From an uncultured Gemmatimonadales bacterium (GTDB lineage Bacteria > Gemmatimonadota > Gemmatimonadetes > Gemmatimonadales > GWC2-71-9), in the NCBI GenBank assembly GCA_963779755.1, contig CAVZZO010000003.1, forward strand, positions 288,001 through 352,000: a stretch of DNA of 64,000 nt, read 5' to 3'. The position numbers and the translations under genes were made by a program. Of the stretch, positions 19,101 through 27,083 are shown in pieces (position 1 is the first letter of the stretch; each line of letters opens with the position of its first letter). The notes under the pieces were generated by a model, which saw only the letters and a list, made by a program, of their open reading frames with translations, was not told the origin of the DNA and did no database searches.

Positions 19101-21182
19101 AACTACCGCTCGATGGCGGGCGGCGACGGCGCCTGCATGGGGTGCGGCGAGAAGACCGCGGTGCACCTGGTGGTTTCGACCATCGAAGCGCTCATGCGGC
19201 CGCGGGTCGAGAAGCGGGTGCGCTACCTGGACGAACTGATCGCCGGCCTGGGCACGAAGGTGCGGGCGCTCCTTACGGCGGACGCCGACCTGGACGCGCT
19301 GGCCCGGGGCGCCGCCGATCATGTGACGCTGGCGCTGGATCCCGAGCGGCGCGCCGAGGTCGAGCGCCTCGCCCGCAGTGCGCGCGAGCTGAAGGACCTG
19401 CGCTGGCGCTATACCGAAGGCCCCAGCGGGCGCGGCCGGGCGCACCTGGCCATGGCCAACAGCACCGGGTGCAGCTCGGTATGGGCCAGCACCTACCCCT
19501 ACAACCCCTATCCCTTCCCCTGGGTGAATCACCTCTTCCAGGATAGCCCGTCGATCGCCATCGGCGTCTTCGAAGGCCACATGCGAAAGATGGCGGACGG
19601 ATTCGCCGCGGTGCGCCGGGCGGAGGGGCTGCTCGACGGCAGCTACGACGCGCAGGAGACCGAACGCGAGCTGTCGGGGCTGGAATGGAAGGACTTTACC
19701 GATGAGGAGTTTGCCCTCTGCCCGCCGGTGCTGGCGCTGGGAGGCGATGGGGCCATGCTGGATATCGGCTTCCAGAACCTCTCCCGGCTCATGGCCTCGG
19801 GCAAGCCGGTCCGGGTCATCGTGCTCGACACCCAGGTGTACTCCAACACCGGCGGCCAGGCCTGCACCAGCGGCTATACCGGCCAGGTCTCGGACATGGC
19901 CTGGTACGGCAAGGCCTCGCACGGGAAGACCGAGGTCCGCAAGGAGCTGGCGCTGATCGCCATGGCACACCGCGGGGTCTTCGTCCACCAGTCGTCGCAG
20001 GCGTCCGCCTCGCACCTGATGGGCGGGGTACTGCGGGCGTTGCAGGTCAGGCGGCCGGTGCTGATCAACCTGTACACGCCGTGTCCGGTGGAGCACGGGC
20101 TGGCGGATGACTGGGCCCAGCATGCCGCCCGGCTGGCGCTGGAGAGCCGCGCGTTCCCCTTCCTGACCTACGACCCCGATGCGGGCGACTCGTGGGCGTC
20201 CTGCCTCAGCCTGGACGGGAATCCATCGGTGGAGGACGCCTGGCCGACCTATACCCTGGACTACCAGGACGAGCACGGTGCCTCCCAGTCGATGGAGCTG
20301 CCGCTCACCACGGCCGACTGGGCCGCCACCGAAGGCCGCTTCCGCAAGCACTTCAAGAAGCTGGCGGCCGACGCCGACGGCGACCTGCTCCCGTTCCACG
20401 AGGTGGTGGCATTGCCGCCGGCGGAACGCGAGGGCAAGCAACCGTTCATCTACATGATGGGAAAGGACAAGCGGCTGGAGCGCTGGTCGGTCTCCGAGGA
20501 GATGGTTCACCTGGCGCAGGAGCGCCAGCTCTTCTGGGCCCAGTTGCGCGAACTGGCCGGGGTCCGGGTGAGCGACGCGGTGCGCCAGCAGGTGGCGGAC
20601 ACGCTCGAGAGCGAGCTGGAGGAGAAGTTGAACGCCGCCCGGCGGGAGTATGAGACGAAGATCGCCGAACTGCAGTCGAGCTACCCGGTGGCGATCGCCC
20701 GCCGGCTGGCGCAGGGGCTGCTGCAGGCGACCAGCCAGGGACAGACGCTGGACCAGTTGCTGGCGTCACTGCCGGCTGCGGCTCCCCTCCCGGCCAACGG
20801 AACCGCTGCGCCGATGCCGGCGCCCGCGGCTCCGGGATCGAACGGCCAGGCCGCGGCCGCACCCTCGACCACCTCGACCGCCTCGACCGTCTCAGCCGCT
20901 GCGACCGAGTCGGCGGAAGACGACGGCGGTACCCTCGTCATCGAGCCCTACATCGAGAGTGAGCGCTGCACCACCTGTAACGAGTGCACCAATCTCAACA
21001 AGAAGATGTTCGCCTATAACGCGGACAAACAGGCCTATATCAAAGACCCGAAGGCCGGCACCTTTGCCCAGCTGGTCCAGGCGGCGGAGAAGTGCCCGGT
21101 GGGCGCCATCCATCCGGGCACGCCGCTCAATCCGAAGGAGAAGGATCTCGACAAATGGCTGAAGCGGGCGCAGGCCTTCTGA
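16119..21182 (+). CDS. Pyruvate:ferredoxin oxidoreductase (NifJ-like single chain, ~1690 aa) with fused C-terminal ferredoxin
   Basis: YPITPST, EGEH.AA, NVAARA, SVGGWGA, YGSEKKG, two CxxCxxCxxxCP motifs, GACMGCGE, NSTGCSSVW, GGDG, YSNTGGQ, YTPC, C-terminal CTTCNEC...CPVGAIHPG. Start GTG 16119 or ATG 16128. Confidence 0.92.
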   Translation: MKLMSTSAKPAPRTEPAAPPFPGTLEAMDGSAAVVAMETRASEAAGAYPITPSTQMGEGWAAAVADGTRNVNGRRLIFFEPEGEHAAAAVTAGLSMTGLRAANFSSGQGVVYMHESLYPAVGKRLTYVLNVAARALTKQALNVHAGHDDYHAVDDTGFFQLFAKDVQEVADLNLIAHRIAELSLNPGILAQDGFLTSHVLESLRVPEPELIRRYLGDPSDRIPSPTPAQRMVFGDERRRIPELFDVDYPAMLGVVQNQDSYAQGVAAQRPFYFDHVAELSDRAFAEFAALTGRAYARCGAYRLEDAQFVIAGQGSVIPNAEAIADWLRDTRGLKVGVLNLTMFRPFPADLVTRLLAGKRGVVVLERTDQPLAIDPPLLREIRAAMSQALENGREAQSAPVPYPGLAGLQPHQVPTFYSGCFGLGSRDLQPGDLVAAIENMLPGGRGRRQFYLGIDFIRTGTRLPKLQIWQEQLLEHYPQLKDLALPSAGDINLMSPSSVSLRIHSVGGWGAITTGKNLSLTVFELLGMHIKANPKYGSEKKGQPTTFYATFSHDPIRPNCELRHVDVVLSPDPNVFRHSNPLAGLCDGGVFVIQSDQAPEDFWRGLPAFARHDIMERKIRVYTLDAFAIAASEASDAELRYRMQGIAFMGAFFAASPLREREGLSEDALYEGIRSQLTRKFGSKGQRVVEDNLRVIRRGAAELHAVTAAEIADEAAPGSVPVMPELLRADSAEPGIGNQGRFWEQVCSLWKLGQDGIADPFAAISAIPAATSAVRDMTDVRMEVPRFIAENCTGCAQCWTQCPDAAIPGLVTDPEELLAAAVAQAGSQTPMERLKPILKPLGREVRRLLGAGPFTSFADTVDQAVQALSPKLGLDQAKQQALAAEVAAVRTVVERFPLARTAAFWDNAERKQKGSGGLLSITINPEACKGCNICVDVCPDDALVAVRQDEAMVSELRTNWAFWQRLPDTPDRFINVPDLEQGIGVLPTLLLKKGNYRSMAGGDGACMGCGEKTAVHLVVSTIEALMRPRVEKRVRYLDELIAGLGTKVRALLTADADLDALARGAADHVTLALDPERRAEVERLARSARELKDLRWRYTEGPSGRGRAHLAMANSTGCSSVWASTYPYNPYPFPWVNHLFQDSPSIAIGVFEGHMRKMADGFAAVRRAEGLLDGSYDAQETERELSGLEWKDFTDEEFALCPPVLALGGDGAMLDIGFQNLSRLMASGKPVRVIVLDTQVYSNTGGQACTSGYTGQVSDMAWYGKASHGKTEVRKELALIAMAHRGVFVHQSSQASASHLMGGVLRALQVRRPVLINLYTPCPVEHGLADDWAQHAARLALESRAFPFLTYDPDAGDSWASCLSLDGNPSVEDAWPTYTLDYQDEHGASQSMELPLTTADWAATEGRFRKHFKKLAADADGDLLPFHEVVALPPAEREGKQPFIYMMGKDKRLERWSVSEEMVHLAQERQLFWAQLRELAGVRVSDAVRQQVADTLESELEEKLNAARREYETKIAELQSSYPVAIARRLAQGLLQATSQGQTLDQLLASLPAAAPLPANGTAAPMPAPAAPGSNGQAAAAPSTTSTASTVSAAATESAEDDGGTLVIEPYIESERCTTCNECTNLNKKMFAYNADKQAYIKDPKAGTFAQLVQAAEKCPVGAIHPGTPLNPKEKDLDKWLKRAQAF

Positions 21183-22525
21183 GCCGCCTCTGGCGCGGCG
21201 CCGGCGCCTTCGGGTTCCAGCACGGGGTCCATCCCCCGGAATCCAAGGAGCTGACGGCCCACCTGCCTATCCGGCGCATGCCGTTCCCGGACGAGGTCGT
21301 GTTGCCGCTGCGGCAGCACGCGGGCAAGCCGGCGCGCCCGGTGGTGCAGAAGGGCGACCGGGTGGAACGGGGCGACACGCTGGCGCTGGCCGACGGGTAC
21401 ATCTCCTCGCCGGTCCACGCCTCGGCCTCCGGCACGGTGGCGGCCGTGGACTGGTGGCCGCACCCCGACGGATCGATGGCGCCGGCGGTTCGTATCGCGG
21501 TGGAGCGCTGGAGCAGCCAGCTGGCACGGCCCCGGCTGGTTCCGGACTGGCACGGGCTGACCCACGAGCAGGTGATCAAGGCGGTCCAGGATGCCGGCGT
21601 GGTGGGCCTGGGCGGTGCCGCCTTCCCCACTCACGTCAAGCTGGCACCGCCCAAGGACGCGGTGATCGATACGATCATCGTGAACGGCGCGGAATGCGAG
21701 CCCTATCTCACGACCGACCACCGGATCATGGTGGAGTACCCCGACCGGGTGCACTTCGGCGTGCGGATCATGCTCCACGCCCTGGGCGTGAAGCGGGCGA
21801 TCATCGGAGTGGAACGCAACAAACCCGATGCCATCGAGGCCCTGGAGCGCACCCGGCCGCAGGATCTCGACATCACCATCCTGCCGCTCACGGTGAAATA
21901 CCCGCAGGGCGCGGAGAAGATGCTGATCAAGTCGGTGCTCGACCGGGAAGTGCCCTCGGGCAAGCTGCCGGCCAGCGCGGGCGTCATCGTGCAGAACGTA
22001 GGGTCGGTGGCTACGCTGGCGGAGGTGTTCGAGACCGGCCTGCCGCTGGTCGAGCGGATCGTGACGGTGAGCGGGCACGGGGTGCGGCGGCCGTCCAATC
22101 TGATCGTCCCGGTGGGGACCAAGGTCTCCGACCTGCTGGCGTTCTGCGGTGGGCTCACCGACGATGCAGCCGAGGTGCTCTTCGGCGGCCCCATGATGGG
22201 CATCTCGCAGCCGCGTCTGGAGGCGCCGGTTCTGAAGGGCACCACCGGGGTGGTGGTCCTGAGCGAGGCGGAGGTCCGGAGCCGCCGCAGCTATCCCTGC
22301 ATCCACTGCGGACGCTGCCTCGACGCCTGCCCCATGTTTCTCAATCCCTCGCTGCTGGGCGACCTGGCCCGGACCGCCAACTACGAGGAAATGGCCGAGC
22401 TGCACCTGTCCGACTGCATGCTGTGCGGATCGTGCAGCTACGTCTGCCCATCCAACATCCCGCTGGCTCAGCTGTTCCAGTCGAGCAAGGTGGCGCTGCG
22501 GCGCCTCCAGGCGGCTGCCCCGTGA
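21155..22525 (+). CDS. rnfC: Rnf complex subunit C (NADH/FMN-binding)
   Basis: GVHPPE.K, PVHASASG, GVVGLGGAAFPT, NGAECEPYLTTD, YPQGAEK, GGPMMG, two CxxCxxCxxxCP. Confidence 0.95.
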   Translation: MAEAGAGLLSRLWRGAGAFGFQHGVHPPESKELTAHLPIRRMPFPDEVVLPLRQHAGKPARPVVQKGDRVERGDTLALADGYISSPVHASASGTVAAVDWWPHPDGSMAPAVRIAVERWSSQLARPRLVPDWHGLTHEQVIKAVQDAGVVGLGGAAFPTHVKLAPPKDAVIDTIIVNGAECEPYLTTDHRIMVEYPDRVHFGVRIMLHALGVKRAIIGVERNKPDAIEALERTRPQDLDITILPLTVKYPQGAEKMLIKSVLDREVPSGKLPASAGVIVQNVGSVATLAEVFETGLPLVERIVTVSGHGVRRPSNLIVPVGTKVSDLLAFCGGLTDDAAEVLFGGPMMGISQPRLEAPVLKGTTGVVVLSEAEVRSRRSYPCIHCGRCLDACPMFLNPSLLGDLARTANYEEMAELHLSDCMLCGSCSYVCPSNIPLAQLFQSSKVALRRLQAAAP

Positions 22526-23532
22526 GCGCCGACGTCCGGTCCCTGCTGCTGCAGGCCTCGCCCCATCTCAAGGGACGGGACAGCACGCCCCGCATCATGT
22601 GGAACGTGGTGGGGAGTCTGCTCCCGATCGTGGCCGCCTCGGCGTACTTCTTCGGCCCCAGCGCGCTGCTGGTGCTGGCCGCGTCGGTGCTGGGCGCGCT
22701 GGCCACCGAGCGGCTCTTCGGCCGGGGCGGCACTCTGGCCGACGGCTCCGCCATGATCACCGGGCTGTTGCTGGGCCTCACCCTGCCGGCCGGCATGCCG
22801 CTCTGGATGGTGGTGCTGGGCGCCGCGTTCGCCATCGGGTTCGGCAAGCTGCTCTTCGGCGGCCTGGGCTACAACGTCTTCAATCCGGCACTGCTGGGCC
22901 GCGCTTTTCTCCAGGCCGCCTTCCCCGTGGCCATCACCACCTGGCCGGCGGCGGGCGGCTCCTGGTGGGCGCTCCGGGGCGACAACTTCGCGCTCCCGCT
23001 CATGAGCCCCAGGCTCACCGATGCCGTAACCTCCGCGACGCCGCTCGGCGCCATGAAGTTCGAGCACCACGGCACGGCGCTCTCCCACCTGCTGCTGGGG
23101 ACCACGGGCGGCTCGCTGGGCGAGACGGCGGGCCTGCTGATCCTGCTCTGCGGCGCCTGGCTGGCCTGGCAGGGCTATCTCAACTGGCGGATTCCGGCAG
23201 GGATCCTGGCCACGGTCGCGGCGGCAAGCGGCCTCCTGCACACGCTGGCACCGGCGAAGTACCCGACGCCGCTCTTCATGCTCTTCTCCGGCGGCCTCAT
23301 TCTGGGCACGGTCTTCATGGCCACCGACATGGTCACCGCGCCGGTGACCAACGCGGGGCGCTGGATCTTCGCCGCGGGCATCGGTGCCCTGGTGGTGATC
23401 ATCCGTATCTGGGGCGGACTGCCGGAAGGGGTCATGTACGCGATTCTGCTGATGAACGCCTTTGTGCCGTTCATCAACCGGGCGACACAGCCGCGGGTCT
23501 TCGGAACCGGGCGGGTCAAGGTGGCCGCATGA
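22522..23532 (+). CDS. rnfD: Rnf complex subunit D
   Basis: SPH, DGSA.ITGLLL, FGGLGYNVFNPA, FMN site TSATPL, GSLGET, FMATD.VT.P. Confidence 0.95.
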   Translation: MSADVRSLLLQASPHLKGRDSTPRIMWNVVGSLLPIVAASAYFFGPSALLVLAASVLGALATERLFGRGGTLADGSAMITGLLLGLTLPAGMPLWMVVLGAAFAIGFGKLLFGGLGYNVFNPALLGRAFLQAAFPVAITTWPAAGGSWWALRGDNFALPLMSPRLTDAVTSATPLGAMKFEHHGTALSHLLLGTTGGSLGETAGLLILLCGAWLAWQGYLNWRIPAGILATVAAASGLLHTLAPAKYPTPLFMLFSGGLILGTVFMATDMVTAPVTNAGRWIFAAGIGALVVIIRIWGGLPEGVMYAILLMNAFVPFINRATQPRVFGTGRVKVAA

Positions 23533-24182
23533 GCGCCGGATCCCTTCCCGTGGTGGACACCCCGCAGGTCCCCAGTTGGCGGCTGCTGGCGACGCTGGGC
23601 GGCGCGGGCGCGCTGGCCGGGCTACTCATCGTGCTGGTGTACGGCTGGACCCGGCCGCGGATCGAGGCACACCGCGCGGCAGTGCTGCGCGACGCCATCG
23701 AGGAGGTGCTGCACGCGCCGGCCCGGGCCGACACGCTCTTTGTGCTGAACGGCGCCCTGGTGGCCGACCCGGGCAACGCCGCCCGGGAAAAGCTGGACCG
23801 GGTCTACCGGGGGTACGACGACGCGGGCCGCCCCACGGGGTATGCCATCGTGGCCTCGGAACCGGGCTTCCAGGACCAGGTGGAGCTGATCTTCGGCTAC
23901 AACCCGGCCACCCACGAAATCCTCGGCATGAAAATCCTCGAAAGCAAGGAAACACCGGGGCTGGGCGACCGGATCGAACGGCCGGCGTTCGGAGCGCAGT
24001 TCGCGGGCCGCACCGCACCGGTCACCGGGGTGAAGGGCTCCGCCCCGCCGGACGACCGGAGCGCGGTCGTGATGATCACCGGGGCCACCATCTCCTCGCG
24101 CACGGTGATCCGTGAAATCAATAACGCGGTGGCGCACTGGCAGCCGCTGATCGAGGCCTATCAGGCCGGGGCACAGCCATGA
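23529..24182 (+). CDS. rnfG: Rnf complex subunit G (FMN-binding)
   Basis: N-terminal TM, ETPGLG, flavinylation motif ITGATISS. Confidence 0.93.
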   Translation: MSAGSLPVVDTPQVPSWRLLATLGGAGALAGLLIVLVYGWTRPRIEAHRAAVLRDAIEEVLHAPARADTLFVLNGALVADPGNAAREKLDRVYRGYDDAGRPTGYAIVASEPGFQDQVELIFGYNPATHEILGMKILESKETPGLGDRIERPAFGAQFAGRTAPVTGVKGSAPPDDRSAVVMITGATISSRTVIREINNAVAHWQPLIEAYQAGAQP

Positions 24183-24931
24183 CCGATTCGTCCCCTCAGC
24201 CGCTCTCCTGCCACACGGTCCCGGCGCCCGGCGCCACGACGTCGGTGAGCGCGCGGGAAGACCTGCTCAAGGGCATCTGGCGGGACAACCCGGTACTGGT
24301 CCAGGTGCTGGGGCTCTGCCCCACCCTCGCGGTGACCAACAGCGTGGCCAACGCGCTGGCCATGGGCATCGCGACGCTCTTCGTGCTGGTGGGCTCGAGC
24401 TTCCTGGTATCGAGCCTGCGCAAGCTGATCCCCAACGAGGTCCGTATCACCAGCTACGTCCTGATCATCGCGACCTTCGTGACGGTGGCGGACATGGGAC
24501 TGCAGGCGGCCGTGCCCGACATCCACAAGGCGCTGGGGGCCTTCATCGCCCTCATCGTGGTCAACTGCATCATCCTGGGGCGCCAGGAAGCGTTCTCGTC
24601 GCGGAATACCATCGGGCGCTCGGTGCTCGACGCGCTGGGCATGGGCGCCGGATTCATGCTGACGCTGCTGCTCATGGGCGGCATCCGTGAGGTGATCGGA
24701 AACGGCACCTTCCTGGGCCATCCGCTGTTCGGCCCCCACTACGAGCCCTGGGTGGTGATGATCCTGCCGCCGGGCGGGTTCCTGACCCTGGGCGTGATTC
24801 TGCTGGGGATCGCCTGGGTCCATGAGCGGCGCAACCGTCGCGCGGCCGCGCGGGCGGTTCTGGCCGAGGCTCTGTCCGCGCCCGGGGCCCCGGGGCCGCA
24901 GCCGGCGCGCGAGCCGGCGGGAGCGATCTGA
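24179..24931 (+). CDS. rnfE: Rnf complex subunit E
   Basis: NPVLVQVLGLCPTLAVT, LIVVNCIILGR, REVIG, LPPGGF. Confidence 0.95.
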   Translation: MTDSSPQPLSCHTVPAPGATTSVSAREDLLKGIWRDNPVLVQVLGLCPTLAVTNSVANALAMGIATLFVLVGSSFLVSSLRKLIPNEVRITSYVLIIATFVTVADMGLQAAVPDIHKALGAFIALIVVNCIILGRQEAFSSRNTIGRSVLDALGMGAGFMLTLLLMGGIREVIGNGTFLGHPLFGPHYEPWVVMILPPGGFLTLGVILLGIAWVHERRNRRAAARAVLAEALSAPGAPGPQPAREPAGAI

Positions 24932-25509
24932 TGGGCGACCTGCTGTGGATCTTCGTCAGCGCCATGCTGGTGAACAACTTCACCCTGGTGCTGTTCCTGG
25001 GGCTCTGCCCCTTCCTGGGCGTCACCAAGAAGCTGGGGCCGGCCCTGCGGCTGGGCGCGGCGAACCTGTTCGTCCTGCTGCTCACCTCGCTCAGCGTCAC
25101 CTTCCTCAACACCTTCGTGCTGCGCTCGGCGCCCTACCTGCGGCTCATCGCGTTCATCGTGGTGATCGCCTCGCTGGTGCAGATCGTTGAAATGACGGTC
25201 AAGAAGTTCAGCCCCACGCTGTTCCGGGAGCTGGGAATCTATCTGCCGCTCATCACCACCAATTGCGCCATCCTGGCCCTGGCCATCTTCCAGACCAACC
25301 GGGCCTACAGCGTGCTGCAGGGCGTGGCGTTTGCGCTGGGAGCGGGCCTGGGGCTGACGCTCGCCCTGACGCTCATGGCGTCGATCCGCGAACGGCTGGA
25401 CTTCGCCGACGTGCCGGCCATCGCCAAGGGCGTCGGGCTGGTGCTGATCGTAGCGGGCAGCCTCTCGCTCGCCTTCATGGGCTTCGCCGGCCTGGGGAGC
25501 GGATCATGA
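24931..25509 (+). CDS. rnfA: Rnf complex subunit A
   Basis: VNNF.L..FLGLCPFLG, LGIYLPLITTNCA, IRERL, LAFMGFAG. Confidence 0.95.
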   Translation: MGDLLWIFVSAMLVNNFTLVLFLGLCPFLGVTKKLGPALRLGAANLFVLLLTSLSVTFLNTFVLRSAPYLRLIAFIVVIASLVQIVEMTVKKFSPTLFRELGIYLPLITTNCAILALAIFQTNRAYSVLQGVAFALGAGLGLTLALTLMASIRERLDFADVPAIAKGVGLVLIVAGSLSLAFMGFAGLGSGS

Positions 25510-25652
25510 GCCTGGCCACCCTGCTGACGGCGGCGCTGGGCGGCGCCGTCTTCTTCGTGCTCTTCGCCCTGCTGCCCCGACGCCGGAAGTGCTCCAGCGA
25601 CTGCGGCAGCTGTACCACGGCCTGCTCCAGCAGGCAAGGACAACCCCGATGA
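25506..25652 (+). CDS. Small TM plus Cys-rich protein (48 aa; FeoB-associated Cys-rich / NqrM-like architecture)
   Basis: MSLATLLTAALGGAVFFVLFALLPRRRKCSSDCGSCTTACSSRQGQPR, with ATGA overlaps to both rnfA and apbE. Confidence 0.8.
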   Translation: MSLATLLTAALGGAVFFVLFALLPRRRKCSSDCGSCTTACSSRQGQPR

Positions 25653-26653
25653 CTGCCGATTCCCCGCGGCGTTTCGACCGCCGCGAATTCATCGCGCTGG
25701 GCCTCGGCGCCTTTGTGGTCGCCTCGCTGCCGCTGGCGGCGCGGCGCGGCGCCCGGATCCGGCGCCCCGGGCTGGCCCGGCGCACCATCCCCGTCATGGG
25801 AACGATCGCCGAGCTGGCGGTGCTCGACCCCGATCCGCGCGGCGCCCAGGCGGCGCTGGACGCGGCGGTCGCCGAGTTGCGACGGGTCGAGGCCGCCTTC
25901 ACCAGGTTCGACGACCGATCGGACATCGGGCGGGCCAATCTCGGGGCCGCGCGGGAGGCCGTCGCGGTCTCTCCGGCCACCGCGTATGTCGTCGCCGAGG
26001 CGCTGCGCTGGGCGGCGGGAACATCGGGGTCCTACGATCCCGCCATCGGCGGCGCGATCGCGCTGTGGGATGTGACCCACCGGCACGAGCCGCCACCGGA
26101 GCGGCAGGTCTCCCGCTTTGCCGCCCGACGGCTGTACCACACGGTGGAGGTAGGGCGCGGGAAGGGAGGCCCGGTGCTGCGCTACCACGATCCCGACGCC
26201 CGGCTCGATCTGGGCGGCATCGCCAAGGGTTACGGGGTAGACCGGGCGGTGGAGGTATTGCGGCAGCATGGCATCACCCAGGCGCTGGTGGACGTGGGGG
26301 GCGACCTCTACGCACTGGGGACGGCGCCGGGCGGCGATCCCTGGGAAATCGGCATCCGCAATCCCGACGATTCCGAAGGCCTGATCGGCACGCTGAAGGT
26401 CGCCGACGCCGCCGTGGCAACCTCCGGGACCTACCTGCAGTACTTCCGGTATCGCGGCCGGCGCTATCACCACCTGATCGATCCGGTCACGGGATCGCCG
26501 CGCCAGACGCCGGAGGAGAGCCTCACAATCCGAGCCGACCGCTGCATGGAGGCCGATGTGGCCGCCACCGCGTTGTTCGGCCTGTCCCGGCCCGAGGCCG
26601 GCGCCCTGCTGGGCCGCCTGGCACCGGGGGCGGAGGTGGCGCGGATCGCGTGA
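25649..26653 (+). CDS. apbE: FAD:protein FMN transferase ApbE with twin-arginine signal
   Basis: MGT, DPAIG, DLGGIAKGYGVD, GGD, W.IGI.NP, VATSG.Y, HHLIDP.TG, AD..AT. N-terminal DRREFI motif. Confidence 0.93.
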   Translation: MTADSPRRFDRREFIALGLGAFVVASLPLAARRGARIRRPGLARRTIPVMGTIAELAVLDPDPRGAQAALDAAVAELRRVEAAFTRFDDRSDIGRANLGAAREAVAVSPATAYVVAEALRWAAGTSGSYDPAIGGAIALWDVTHRHEPPPERQVSRFAARRLYHTVEVGRGKGGPVLRYHDPDARLDLGGIAKGYGVDRAVEVLRQHGITQALVDVGGDLYALGTAPGGDPWEIGIRNPDDSEGLIGTLKVADAAVATSGTYLQYFRYRGRRYHHLIDPVTGSPRQTPEESLTIRADRCMEADVAATALFGLSRPEAGALLGRLAPGAEVARIA

Positions 26654-26701
26654 GGAAGGCTGGAAACCCGCACCATGGTCGTCGCGACCGGGGAGGGAGC
26701 G

Positions 26702-27061
26702 ATGAAAGTTCAGAAGATCTTCTGCTCGGCCTGCGATCGTGAAGTCAGCATCGTGCTGACCGCCGAGCCGATACACGACGGGCAGGCCAATCTGCCGGAC
26801 GCCGATTTTGTCTGCCTGGAGATCGGAGACACCTGCACCGGCTCCCTGTGCCCCCTGTTCGCGCTGCCACCGGAGGCGATGAAGGCGCGCCTGGCCCGGT
26901 CGGGGTTCGATACCGGCGGCCTGCGCCATCTGCGGGCGCACTGCGACGGCTGCGACCGGGAGACGGACATGGTGGTACTGAACCGCGAGTACTGCCACTG
27001 CATGGAATGCCACGCCACCAATCACTGGCGGGTGGCGGACCCCACCACACTCCCCGGCTGA
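26702..27061 (+). CDS. Cys-rich hypothetical protein (10 Cys, duplicated CxxCDRE motif)
   Basis: CSACDREV ... CLEIGDTCTGSLCP ... CDGCDRET ... CHCMECH, with RBS GGAGGGAG. Confidence 0.75.
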   Translation: MKVQKIFCSACDREVSIVLTAEPIHDGQANLPDADFVCLEIGDTCTGSLCPLFALPPEAMKARLARSGFDTGGLRHLRAHCDGCDRETDMVVLNREYCHCMECHATNHWRVADPTTLPG

Positions 27062-27083
27062 TCCGGGCTACCGCGAGGCGCTG

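Noticed and set aside
11264..22405. Long antisense ORFs (e.g. 11264-13042, 16008-17777, 18294-20510, 21035-22405)
   Set aside because: They are shadow frames of strongly supported plus-strand genes. Such frames are expected at this GC content and carry no recognisable motifs.
26990..27015. CMECH as a c-type heme-binding CxxCH motif
   Set aside because: No signal peptide, and the motif is one of several Cys pairs that fit a cytoplasmic metal-binding protein better.
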